A stretch of 45,653 nt of DNA from Klebsormidium nitens (taxonomy: Eukaryota > Plantae > Klebsormidiophyceae), in contig DF237613.1 in the NCBI GenBank assembly GCA_000708835.1, positions 1 to 45,653 on the forward strand, read 5' to 3'. The notes beneath the pieces were generated by a model. It was not told the DNA's origin. It worked only from the letters and a program-made list of their open reading frames with translations, and did no database searches. Within the stretch, counting starts at the first letter, position 1; the number at the start of each line of letters is the position of its first letter. Position numbers and translations under genes: made by a program. Positions 10,978 through 22,800 of this stretch are shown piece after piece.

Positions 10978-12662
10978 ATGAAGCCAACAGTGGGAACCCC
11001 TAGAGAAAGGGACTTTGATCATTCTGGTAGCCAAGACGATGCAGCTCGTCTTTCTGAAGAGCGCAGGCATGCAGGAGCGACGAGCTTTTGAACTGGTGCT
11101 TGGGACTCTGAATTCAGCAGAGTCCACAAATTCGAAGAGACGGTTCCTCCAACTTTTTCAAGTGAGGCAGTGTTTTGAGAACCTCCAACGGAGTGGCCAG
11201 GAAACCGTGGATTTGGCTGTATTCCTGCTTGAAAGGGGGGTTATGCGAGCCATCGCTTCGGGGATGAGAGAACTTGTGACTGGAGATTGGGTACTGTTTC
11301 TTCTCAAATAAGATTGATCCTCAGCTCAGAATCAGATACCAAGATCAGGACGAACAGAGCTCTTATCTACACCCAGTGCCTCATAGCTTTGGCGGTAGAC
11401 AGCCGCTGCCGAGCTTTTATTCATAGAGAGTTTCCTGACCTGGCAGAGGTTGCAAAGACTCTGTTCTTAAGGAAGCTATCCACTGAAAGACTCGGTCACG
11501 AAGCCGCCAGCACATACGAGCAGGATGCAAGGGCGGAGATTTTGAAGCTACTAATGAACATGATGGTGGGGCCTCACAGTTACCTAAGGAAAATTTCAAA
11601 TGATACTGCTTTTTTGAAGAAAGTCCTTTGCTATGCGGCGAGCATCAGAGAAGGTACTTCAGAGGAAAACGCACAGCAACAGTTCACAACCTTGGCGTTC
11701 ATCATGAACGCCTTGGTGACTCAGAAAGTGGATCTACGGACTCTGAGAAGAGACTTATACGCCCTCGTAGAACATGCGCTGGCACATGCAAACAGCACAA
11801 AGCAAGTTGATGTGGCAATCAGAGTTCTCTTCCTGACAGCAGACTCTGATTACCATGAGACGGGTCTTTCGAAGTACCCTGATCTTGGATCGTCACTTGT
11901 AGCTCTGCTTTCCTTGTCAGACACAATCGGAGGGGTGGCATGGTCCATGGCTTTCTCTGCAGCGTCACAGTGCTTCAAAACAAAAGTTAAGGACCTCACA
12001 AGCGAAGAGACAGAATCCTTCTTTAAGGAACGTTTTCGAAGCGACGCGAAAGCAATGAGAAGGGCGACTCAGCTGCAGAATCTGTTCTCAGCACCAACGA
12101 AAGGGACGGAAACCAGCTTTTACGTTGAAAGGAGCAGGGGCCGAAGGTGAAATGAGCTCATCCCCGGGTATGCCGTCGAAGCCTCGCCTGGAGCGCAGGA
12201 AATGCTCACAGCACAAGTGTGGCAACGTGGAAGCCATGGCTGGGTCATTCCGATTCTGCGGACGATGCAGATTAGCTGTCTACTGCAGCAGAGGTAAGCG
12301 GTTTGGCTGGCAGGTTCCGACTCACGAATCTTGACATCCTTGGAGATTCTCAGTAGGGTTGTATCTTGCCGCTGTAGCCAATGGCGTCCTCGAGACTTAG
12401 CAAAATTGAACGCAAGTTTGAGAAACGGTGTCCCTCAAAAGTCATCAACCGCTTGTAGTGCATGGAGTGTTCAAATTTGGAGTCCTTTCCGGAGCAGCTA
12501 CCATCGCTTAGAGGAAATGTCTGGGTGGGTCGCTGATTGGAACCGGATGCTTGCAATACCTGTGCACGTCGAAGAAGACGGAATTCCAAGCATTTTTCGT
12601 TTCCGGATGCAGATTGTCAAAAGCGGGCGTGGAAAGAAGGCCACAAGGATCTGTGTCACTGA
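10978..12662 (+). pseudogene. Helical-repeat protein with C-terminal MYND zinc finger; reading frame disrupted (pseudogene or unresolved short introns)
   Basis: MYND finger CSQHKCGN..FRFCGRCRLAVYCSR|DCQKRAWKEGHKDLCH* is joined by intron 12294-12612. The upstream coding-like ORFs (10978-11091, 10982-11311, 11233-12150, 12125-12293) alternate between two frames. Confidence 0.6.
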
Positions 12663-13007
12663 TTGGATCGACGCTCATATGGCGGATCAGTACGAGGAAA
12701 AGCAGAATATTGTAACCGCCAGCACAATGGTGAAAATTTCACTAGCCAGCTTAACCAGGCTTCTGCCCCACATTTCAGGTCGTCTGGGGGCCAATTGCTG
12801 TCTGACTTTGACTTTTTGTTCTCAAGATCTGACGCTATCATTAACAGCTTTCCAATATTGACTTTGTTGTGCATCTAACTTGTTCAGGCGAAGACCTTCC
12901 TGAAATGCAGATCTGAGGCTCCCTATCTGTCCCATCTGTGCACGATTGTCCGATCTTGGGTCCCGTCGTCACATCTAGAATCCAATCAGAACAAGGAAGA
13001 AAACTAA

Positions 13008-13289
13008 TTTCAGGTCATGACCATCATGGAAATACACGCCTACCTAAAACAAAAACGTTAGTGCGACACTTAACATGCAGGATGCCTGGATGTGATATAC
13101 ACAATCGCCAGGCCAAGCGATTAAACGCGTGTGATGCGAAAATTGAGAAGTTGCTATCGTGAAATCTGTGATGTCAAGGTCGATAAAAGATCTCTGCATA
13201 TCAATCTCTCCTGCATGCGGCTCCGTTCCCAGGTTATCGTGCATATCCGACGTGCACATGATGTCATGGCCCTGAATCATGACCTGAAA
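13008..13289. repeat. Degenerate foldback / old MITE-like palindrome between convergent 3' ends
   Basis: TTTCAGGTCATGA (13008-13020) pairs with TCATGACCTGAAA (13277-13289). Nested inverted blocks include CATCATG and CATGCAGGA/TCCTGCATG. Confidence 0.45.
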
Positions 13290-13893
13290 ATGGTGATATT
13301 TATCCAAATATGCATTGCGGTTTCAAAGCTTACCGGACTGCTGCAGTGCAACAATTGTGTACGTGCCAGGAATCTTTTCATGCCTAGGCTTAGCTGCTAG
13401 GCACCTTTCGCTTGAAAGGGGCGAGTTTGTTTACATAAATCATCCCCATAAATCATCAAATGAGCGCACTGTGTTGCATTCTGAAATCACTCTGGAATAG
13501 ACGTACCAAGAGCTGGCAGTAACGGTTCAAGAAACGTCCTGGCAAATTTGATGGGGACCCTAGTACGAACAATGATTATGCAAAACTACCACAGAGATAT
13601 TATACTGTAACCTGACGAACACTCGACGTCAACAGCGCTCTACCAGTGACCAAAGTATGGACAATCTAACCCAAAAGTTGTGCGTTTCCGTTCTGTTTCT
13701 GCATCCCATCATTTCCGCTGCAAATGCTTTCCTTGCGATTCCCATCGTATCATCATACTCCCACCCGTCCTCTCAAACTCACTTCTTCCCCTGCTTTCAT
13801 TTCCCCTGGCCTCGATTCGACGCTTCACTTTCCGCCCCGGCTTTTCGCTACTTCCCCTGCGACACACCGAGTCCCCTTCGTTCAATGCGCTTC

Positions 13894-16800
13894 CTACTTC
13901 TTCTTGCCCTTCTTCCCCTTGGACTTCATCTGCTCCTTCTCCTCCTCCTCCATCTGCTTGCGCTTCGCCTCCTCCTGCTTCTTGAAGTCGTCAGAGCGCC
14001 ACGGCTCATTGCCCTTCTCGTACGGGTCCCAACGCATCCGGAAGTGGAGCCGGCCACGCACCCTGCCACGCAAAAGAAGCTCGAATTCACTTTTCCTGTC
14101 TCATGAATGGGACAAGCTTTTGCACCCGCGAGTGCACTTTGAATCGGACGGCAGAGAAGCACAAGTTGAATCTATCGAACTGTGCTCGCTTGGCGAACGA
14201 GTGCCTTCGTCACGCTTCAGCCATGCCGCCGGTGTGAAGCCTACGCCCACTTTAAGGCTCACCGAGCTACTGTTCTCCCTGCTTTTCAGTGATAGCTGGA
14301 AAGCCAATGTGCGTAATCATATACTCTTAACAACAGGAGGTTTTCCACAAGACAAGCAGAGCGAAAGGACAGTCCGCTCAGTCGAAGATGTCGGATACCG
14401 GAACAGAAGACGACGCGCAATCCGACTTCGGAAAGACTTCGACAAGAAAGTCGTCCAGCTTCTCTGGCAGCAGATAGTGGGAACAGCAGCAGAGGTTGCG
14501 CGGCTTGGTGATTGAAAGAAGTAAAGGACCAGCTTGACCAACGAAGGGTGGGCAATCGAAATATGGTCCCAGGAAATCCAAGAGCGCAAACCGGAACCCA
14601 CCTCTCGTGCACGTGTCTCTCGCCGGCGCGCCTCTGTTCAATGAGCGACTCGGGAGTCAGGTCCACCCATTTGTCGATCACCTGCAGACCAGAGAGATGC
14701 CTTCGTTCTACACTCCAAGCTGAGTAGGCGACTGGATACACAGACTACGAGTGCTGCTCATGACTGGTAAATGACGCCGAGAAAGAGAGGAGCAGTGGTG
14801 TCAAATGGTCAAGCAACAAATCGGCAGGCCCTCAGATGAGCCGGTGCTTAAACAGCCCTTCAAAAGCGAGTGTGAAACACGCTGCTGTGGAAAACGGTGA
14901 ACAATGAACTTCGTAAAGCAGTACTGATGCGTTTTAACCCGTCTGATACGGTTAGCCCGACTGGTCGCGGCAACCCACCTCGCCGGGCTTGCACTGGCGC
15001 AGCGGCACTTTGGCCATGCCAATGAACTCGGCGTCGGCCATCGTCTCCTGGTCCATGCAGCGCAGGGTCAGCTCTTGGATGTCGGGAGCCTGTAGGAGAG
15101 GTTAAGGCCGGGGTTTGGGGGGGTTTACGAAAACGGGTTAAGGCATCAGATTACTCCTGCCGAGGGCCGGACTGAGCACGCGGGTGAGCGAGTCGGACTG
15201 GCAAGTGAGGGCGAAAAGGTTTTGGAGGAGAGGGTTGCGGAAGAAAGTGCAGGAGGCTCCAATGGGGCCTGTTAAAAGAACGTCAACCACAGGGGGGTGT
15301 CGTGAACCTTGAGCTATCGCTTACGTGATCTGTCTCTCCATCGCTTATGTAATTTGAACAACGCTTACGAGCCGACGGTTAGACATACCGAGAAAATAGG
15401 TAGCCTGCCCTTCTCTGCCTACTTCTCTCAACCGACGCTCGATCACCGGACATGCAGAACGCAGAGTTTCCTTCCAAACTGGAATGGTTCCACGTGTCGC
15501 ATATCGCAATCGGATCGAGCGCATAGTGGCGCATTCACAGGAGGCGGGTTAAATGGCTTTAGTGAAGCGCATAGTGGCGCATTCAAAGGAGGCGGGTCAC
15601 ATGGCTTAAGCTTCCAGCTTTTGAGGGTTCGAGCGTGTTAAAGTTCAACTCCTCACCTCCACGAGCACTTCGAACGTCTCGTTCCACACAGGCTCCAGGT
15701 CGTTCATCTTCGTTGTCGTCCGCTTGATGCGCTCCTTGAGCTTGCGCACTGCAAGACACGCGTCCGGAGTCTTGTTAGGGTCCCATGCGTTTTAGGAGGT
15801 AGATTTGCTTCGGCCAACTGACTTCACAGAGTTTGCACTCAGCCACCTAACTTTGGAGAGTTTGTCTATGCTGTGGGACAAACCGATCAGATGAGGAACG
15901 ATCGGGGTATGCGACATACATGGCGAGTTACATGAAAAAGGCCACACTGCTTGGGCGTTTGCAAGCGACCGAACGGTCGCGTTAGGCGAACGACAAACGC
16001 TTGCAGCTTTTCCAAATAACCTTTGGCTATATCCACACTAACTTTGAACAGAGCCAAAATGCGAGGACATAAAACTGGGTTTGCAACGTAATTCGAGTCG
16101 CAGCTTTTCTGACCAGCACTCCAAGACGAAGCACAAGGATCGTAAACACCGCCTTTGCTCAAACACAACGACTCATTAGAAACAGAACTTGATTCCAAAT
16201 ACACAACTCAAAGAGGCAGGAAACCGGTCCGTCGACATCCGTTTTCAAAAACCCGTCGCGCCAAGAACGGCAATTGCCTTAGCATAAGAGACAAGGCAGA
16301 AACACACAACTCACCGTACACGAAAATGAAGGGATCCGATTTGCCGATGATGTCCGTCTTCATGAGCCCCGTCGCCTCGATGATGGTAACGGTGAGCACG
16401 CCCGTTGGCAGGAACTCAAGGTCGCGGAAATCGCCCTCCATTATGGGGAACACCATGCGGCTAGGCCACAGCAGCATGTCCACAACCGCGGTTTTGATCG
16501 TGCTCTGCAGGGGTTAAAAGCGAGGTTAGGAGCATGGAGGTTGGATGTTTCAATGTGTGTAAAGGTGGGTTAAAGTGCGCGGTTAGGAGCATGGACGCTG
16601 GGATCACAGAAGGTTTGTAAGTTTTGTGGTCGGAACAGCAGCATGTCCACAACCGCGGTTTCAATCGCACTCTGCAAAGGTAAATTGCTGGGTTAAGGCG
16701 CAATCAAACTATCTCCTGATATTCGAGGGTTAAGGGCTGGGTCAAAGAGAAGATAGCGATGGCATTTAAGGCCGGGGACTCCATGCGGCACACGCAGCAT

Positions 16801-19800
16801 GTCCACAACCGCGGTTTGGATGGTGCTTTGCAATGGTTAAAGGCGGGTTTAGGAGCATGGACGCTGGGGCAACTGAAGGTCTGTTTGATTCCGCGGCTGG
16901 GTCACAGCAGCGTGTCCAAATCGCGGTTTTGCTAGTGCTCCGGAACATCGAAGACGTCACGCTGACGTCATCGGGGACGGCGCGCTCACGTCGATCATTC
17001 CGTCGAGGCCGGGGATCATCCCGATGCTCGTGCCCTCGAGGCCGACGGTGAAGTCGACGAAGGGCTCTTCCTGGAGCGACAGCACCACCGCGCCGAAGCA
17101 CGGGAAGTCTTTCCCAGTCAGCGGGGCGAACATGATGCGCATCCACGCCACGACGTCCACGTCTCTCACCTGGGTCAAGCGAGAGGGTTAAGGAGGGGTT
17201 AGAAGAAGGTTACAACGGATCTGCGAAGACATTCAGCCGAAGACAAGACGGGACGTCGCGCATCGAATACTCTCCGGTCAGCGGCGCGAACATGATGCGA
17301 CTCCACCCCACAACGTCCACGTCTCTCACCTGGAACAAAAAATGAAGGGCCAGGGGTAAGGTAAAAAGGTTTAAGACGGCGCTAACCTTTACCGTCAAAG
17401 GTGAAACAAGTAAGGATTCAGCCAACATTTAAGAAAAAGGGTTGATGTGGTGGTTACTCTGGTAGACAGCGGTGGAAAACTTCACCCCCACAATATCCAC
17501 GTCACTCACCCGGATGGTTAACGGGACCCGCTAGGAACTTAAGCGGCAAACGAGGCCAGATCCCTTGTGTTTTCCGTGTACTCTGCTCTGGAACTCGAAT
17601 CCTTTGGTTAGCAGCGGCGCCAACATCCATTCCACAGTTTTCACATCTCGTGATCGGGTTCAGGATTAAGGGTTTCAAAGGGTTCAGCCGCAGGTTAAGA
17701 TGTCGTTCCCTGAGTAGTCAGGCTGACAGCGGGGGAAAAGAGATGCGCACCCAACGATGTCCACGTCTTCTCACCGAGAGGAAAGGGGGTCTCGTCGAGA
17801 GGGTAGCGGCAGATAGGTGAAGATCCGTTCTTCCAGCCTTTCCATTGCGTGTGCTATTTATCAGATTCCAGGAACTTGACGCTGGGGCCAGAGGAGCCCA
17901 AGCATCGCAAGGTCCGCACTTTCTACTCAGCGGTCAGAAGGAGCTTGTGCGAAAGACAACGCTTGTGGCAGGGTAGACAACGGTTACAATAAACCGCAAA
18001 AATTGTCTCACCACCAACAGCCGCAAGAACAAGCCTCCTGATACCCAGAAGGCATTTCAACACCGTGGGAGACAAACTGAGGACCCTTGATCTACCCAAG
18101 ATCAAGGGTCGTTTTCGAAGGAGTGCTCGATAACTCCGACTAAGGTTGGGAGTACAGTTTCGTCACCATCCGTAATCTGTAATTTCGCACCTAATTAACT
18201 CCGGAGTGACCGTGCAACAGCCTGGGCGCGAGGTTCACGGCCCTAAGAAAACGATGCAATTCTTCACAGGCGTAGCAAGAGGCATAGAAAGAAGGTCACC
18301 TTGGCAGTGATGGGGGGCGTCAGGTATGGGTTCACGTCTAAGTACAGGTTGGGCTTCCCGCGCCGCCAGTCTAGTTTCACGTCTAGCACCACCTCGCCCG
18401 GCTTGTCTCCGTTGCGGATGCGCGCACCTGTCGCGACGCAAACAAAGAGGGGAGTCAGCGCACAAGTGTATCTTCATACTCGGTTTTGGCCCTTAGATAG
18501 ATGGATATGGGCTGCTTATGCGCTGGCTACATGTCCAACAACAAGACTTGGGCTGTAACCAGCCTTGAAACAAGGTTACAGCCCGATTCATCGTGCAGTA
18601 ACCTAAGTCAAGTCTGTTAATCAGCCTGGTTAGTAGCCGAAACTTCCTATGCCTATACCACACCGCCGAACGAGCTCTTCATTTCTTTGGAGAGTACTAT
18701 CCTAATGACTTCCTTTGGATAGAGTCGAGCCCTCGTGTTGAGCCTTCAATTGCACCATAAACTTTCGAACCGCTCAAGAACGAATACCCCTTAAGATTGG
18801 AAACTGGATCCATTTGGCGCCTCGTTCTTCAATAAAACAGGGGACGAACGGTCTTCGAAACCGATGGAACGTCATTAAGCAAAGTTCCAACCTTTCACTC
18901 AATCGATCCTGTGCCGTAAACAAAACCTAGACCGGACAGGAGATAAAGAAATAAGACGGACGATCACGCACCGGTGATAACGGGTGCCACGTCACCCAGG
19001 GTCAGCTTCTTGATCTTCATGTTCTCGAGCACGACCGGCTTGTACATCTCCAAAATGGGCGTCAGCGTCTCTTCCAGCATCTTGGACGCCGCCTTATTGA
19101 TGTACGGCCACATGCGCTCCAGCGACTTGTTCAGCCAGCCCACCTGCACACGTCAGCAGGGGAAGCGCGTGACGTCAGTAAATGATAGAAGTCTTAACAT
19201 CAGCGCATCGCGCTCTCTTGGATTCTTGAGTTGTGGAGATCATCGAAGTCAAAGTGTCGCTTCAGAAGAGGCAGTCTTTGTTTCACTTTGCAACTTCGCC
19301 TTGTTCATTCACGGCAGCATTGTCACAAAGACATATCATGCCAAAGCCTCTTCCTTAACTTAGTAACTCTTTACAACAGAACTACTCTCCGGGCACGATT
19401 TTTGGCGCAGCCAGAAAGATTCCCGTGATGCAAAGCAAACGTGGATTTCAACCTTTCAAACCACACTGCGACATTCCTCAAGGCCCGACTCGGCGGAGAG
19501 ATAGAAAGCTGGAGAAGAGTCGCTGGCAGAGCGTGAATCCATTACTTCGTTTCTAATATTTTCAAACCACCGCGTCATAAAAGATATCGGTTGTTTGAGG
19601 CTTGTTGCTTCGAACAGCTCGGCTGGTGACATAGCAATCCGTACCTTCTCAAACTCTGGGAAAGAGACGTGGGTGGGGACGTTGTTGTTCATCAGCACAC
19701 GAAGGTCCTTAACGTCCATCACCCCGAGTGTTGCGATGTCCATCGCCTGCACACAAAGTATCAATACGACTTCAGCTCGGGTGACAGGAAGGTTCGATTG

Positions 19801-22800
19801 TGTTTTATGTCGGAAGAGCCAACCATTTCGGACAGAAAAAAGAGGCTGTAAAGCAATGCTTGCTGCGAAGCAGTGGGCACTAGCCCAAGCAGGAAAACAA
19901 TCACAGGATAAGCTCTCATCAGAGTGATAAGGCTCGGCTTCGAAGTAGGTTTCGTTGCTTCCTAGATGACGTATCTGGAGCGTTCGAGATCGAAACAAAG
20001 GGACTGGAAGAACTCCCGCTTAAAATCCCGCTTAAAAATCCAGAAAGTCCCTCTTATAATGTATGGCCTTGAAAGAAATTCAAGCCCTTTGTCAAGACCA
20101 CGCTTTCGAATCGAGCGAAAGCATGCGGTTGGGTTTCATCCGTCGAATCTCCATTTTTCTACTTCTTGGCAGTCATTTCATTAAAAGCAAGTTGGTGCAC
20201 GTCAGTCACAAAAGATGAGATGATGCCCCTCTGTTCGTCTACAGGCAAGACCCTCGAAGCACTTGGACAGACACGATCTCACAGCTCTCAAAGCTCTCAA
20301 AAGTCTCATACGATCCTTAGGAGTGTCCTTCCAGAAGAGGGATGAATTTCTATTGCTGGAGCTTACCCGGCGCAGCCGTCTCCTGCTCCTGTACAACGAG
20401 AGCTCTTGGTAGAGAAGCATGGCGGCCATGCCCGTGAGGATGCCGAAGATAAGCTGCAATGCTCCAACGAAAATTTGTCAAGGCTTCATTTTTCGCAAGT
20501 AATGCTTACAACATTTGAAGTTGGTCGAACTTCCAAACGAAGAGTTGATTGATTGCAATTTGCTACTCTCAGGTTGTTAACGCAGGACGTCGGCGGAGTC
20601 GTTGAAGTACGACCCACTGGCCTAAAGTCCGCAACTTGACTCCTTGATCTGTGAACTTTAACTGCACCCAACACTGCTTCAAACAAACTCAATACTTTTT
20701 AAGACAGCGAAGTATCCCTCTTTGGCATTGCATCGACCGCGCAGCGGTTCAGAAGCAAGCAAGTAATCAGTGCACATTTCAATGTTTGAGAATAGAGGAG
20801 GGTTGAAAGCATCCTTAACAAGATCCGGAAGAAGCAATACCACGGACGTTCACAAATTGCTGATTGACTTGTGCACTCGCGAGGATTTCGACGCCGTAAC
20901 ACATAGAGCTGCCCAACAAGTTTCGAGCCCCCACCGCTCAGAGGGCAACTTTACCTACAGAATGACCGTTAGTCTGAAAACTTCAGTTGTAGGTTGCCAC
21001 TGCTAAACGATTCCCTGAAAGAAAGAGACGAAAAGAGAACCAATACCCACCTGCCAGAAGAACCCGATGCTCCCCAGCCCGATGTGCGCCGCAAGCCAGT
21101 ACGGCGCGAGCATCGCCGCAAACAGCACGAACAGCGTCCCCTCCGGCCGCTTCAGCATCTTCTTGATGGTCACGCTCATGGGCTCTCCGGTGGCCGCCCC
21201 CGAGGCCTCCTTTTGCGCGCGCGCGCGCGCGCTCTCGTTCGCGCGCCGCGCCTCGGCCTCGTCATCGGCGGCCGCGTCTTCGCCCGGGTGGTGCGCCCAC
21301 GCGGAAATGGCAGTCGCCTGGAGCGCCACGTCCCCGAAGTCGCGTCTCTTATCGGGGTTTGCGGTGTGGGCGGCCGCGTTGGCGGCGAGGGCGCCTGAGA
21401 GAGACGTGGTTAGAGACGTGGTTAGGGACGGGGTCAACACGAATGGTTGTGCAAAAGTCGGGAGACTGTCGGAGAGCTGGTTAAGGGAGAGGGGAAACGG
21501 TATTAGGAGATAAATCGTGAAGAAGACCACTCGAAGGGATAATTCCGAAGTTGCGTGAGTACTGGATCATACTGTACACTTCAAGACGGCCGTACACTTC
21601 AACATGAGCAAGAATGGCGTCCCGAGCAGTCTTAAACCCTTGATATGTATCCCGTTTGGCTTAAATCTCCTCTGCTGCAGCACATTGACCCATGTTGCAA
21701 TCTGGAACAAGTCAAGTTGGCCAAGCACGTGAGAGCTTACCTGCGATCTTCGTGGCAGCCCTCTGTTCGGACGGTGTCAGGTCCCTGGCATCGGGATGGA
21801 GTCCACCGTCAGCATGTGTTGCTCCGCTATACCCATCCGTTCCGTCTTTGGGCACCTCCTTCTTGGCGCCGAACGCGGCAGCCGCGCCCGCCCCAACGAG
21901 GCCTCCCGCACCAACTCCTGCGAGTTCAAGTGCGTTCTCAAGGCTCAATCATTTTCTGGTTTACACCTGCCTCGTTGTTTGGCCCATCCAACCTACCACA
22001 CAAGTCTCTTATGCAAGTCTCTTCTCTGTCTCATTCTTTCCATACACCTGGCTTTCCATGCCGTGCACAGACAGAACGCAGATCAACTGAAGAACCAAAA
22101 ATAAAAGATAATTGAAGTACAACTTCTACAAGCGAAGGGCTTCTGCAGTATAATCCAATAGTATTCAGCTAAGAACCGGTATTAAAGGATACCCCTTAGA
22201 TTTGTCGCTTGGGCAAACTTGGGAACAGTGAGGAGCAGCTTCCGCACTTCAACACTTCCGAAACGGGCTTGCTGGTAGCATACACTTCCGATCACCCTCC
22301 TGGCATGATACGGGGTCAAAATCACCGCCTCAGAACCGTTCCACACCCAAGCTGCAAAAGCAGAGACATCAAAAATGACAATCAGAAACATCGTAAACCT
22401 TTCTAAAGTCTTTACCTGCCGCGACGGCCGTTACAACTGGCGCAGCCACCACCGCCGTCGTCGCCGCTCCGAGGGCCGCCCCCACGCCCACTCCACCGGC
22501 CGCAGCCTTGCCGACCGCGCTCCAAATGTCAGACTGCTCGTCGCTGTAGACCTGCTCGGTCTCGTGGCCCTTCCTCGGACGACCTTCGCTCACGAACCTC
22601 TCACCCTCTAGAACCGTGCTCTCATACGATGTGTCGACAAGCCTATCGCCCTCGGCAACCTTGGGGACGACGTTGTAATAGTGCTTGTGGATATCGAACT
22701 CTGAAAGCGGGATCTCGCTCCGGGGATCAGCTTCCATCACCGGAACGGACTGCCCTGCGATGCCGCTTTCGGGGAGAACAACCGGGTAGTCCTTCTCGAG

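Noticed and set aside
13553-13563. GGGGACCCTAG shared with the transposon subterminal region near 3651 (Helitron-like CTAG end?)
   Set aside because: Only 11 bp, with no hairpin or further homology.
22184-22192. U12-type donor consensus GTATCCTTT on the minus strand in a synaptotagmin intron
   Set aside because: A 9-mer has a fair chance of occurring once in ~90 kb of both strands; no exon or U12 branch site is associated.
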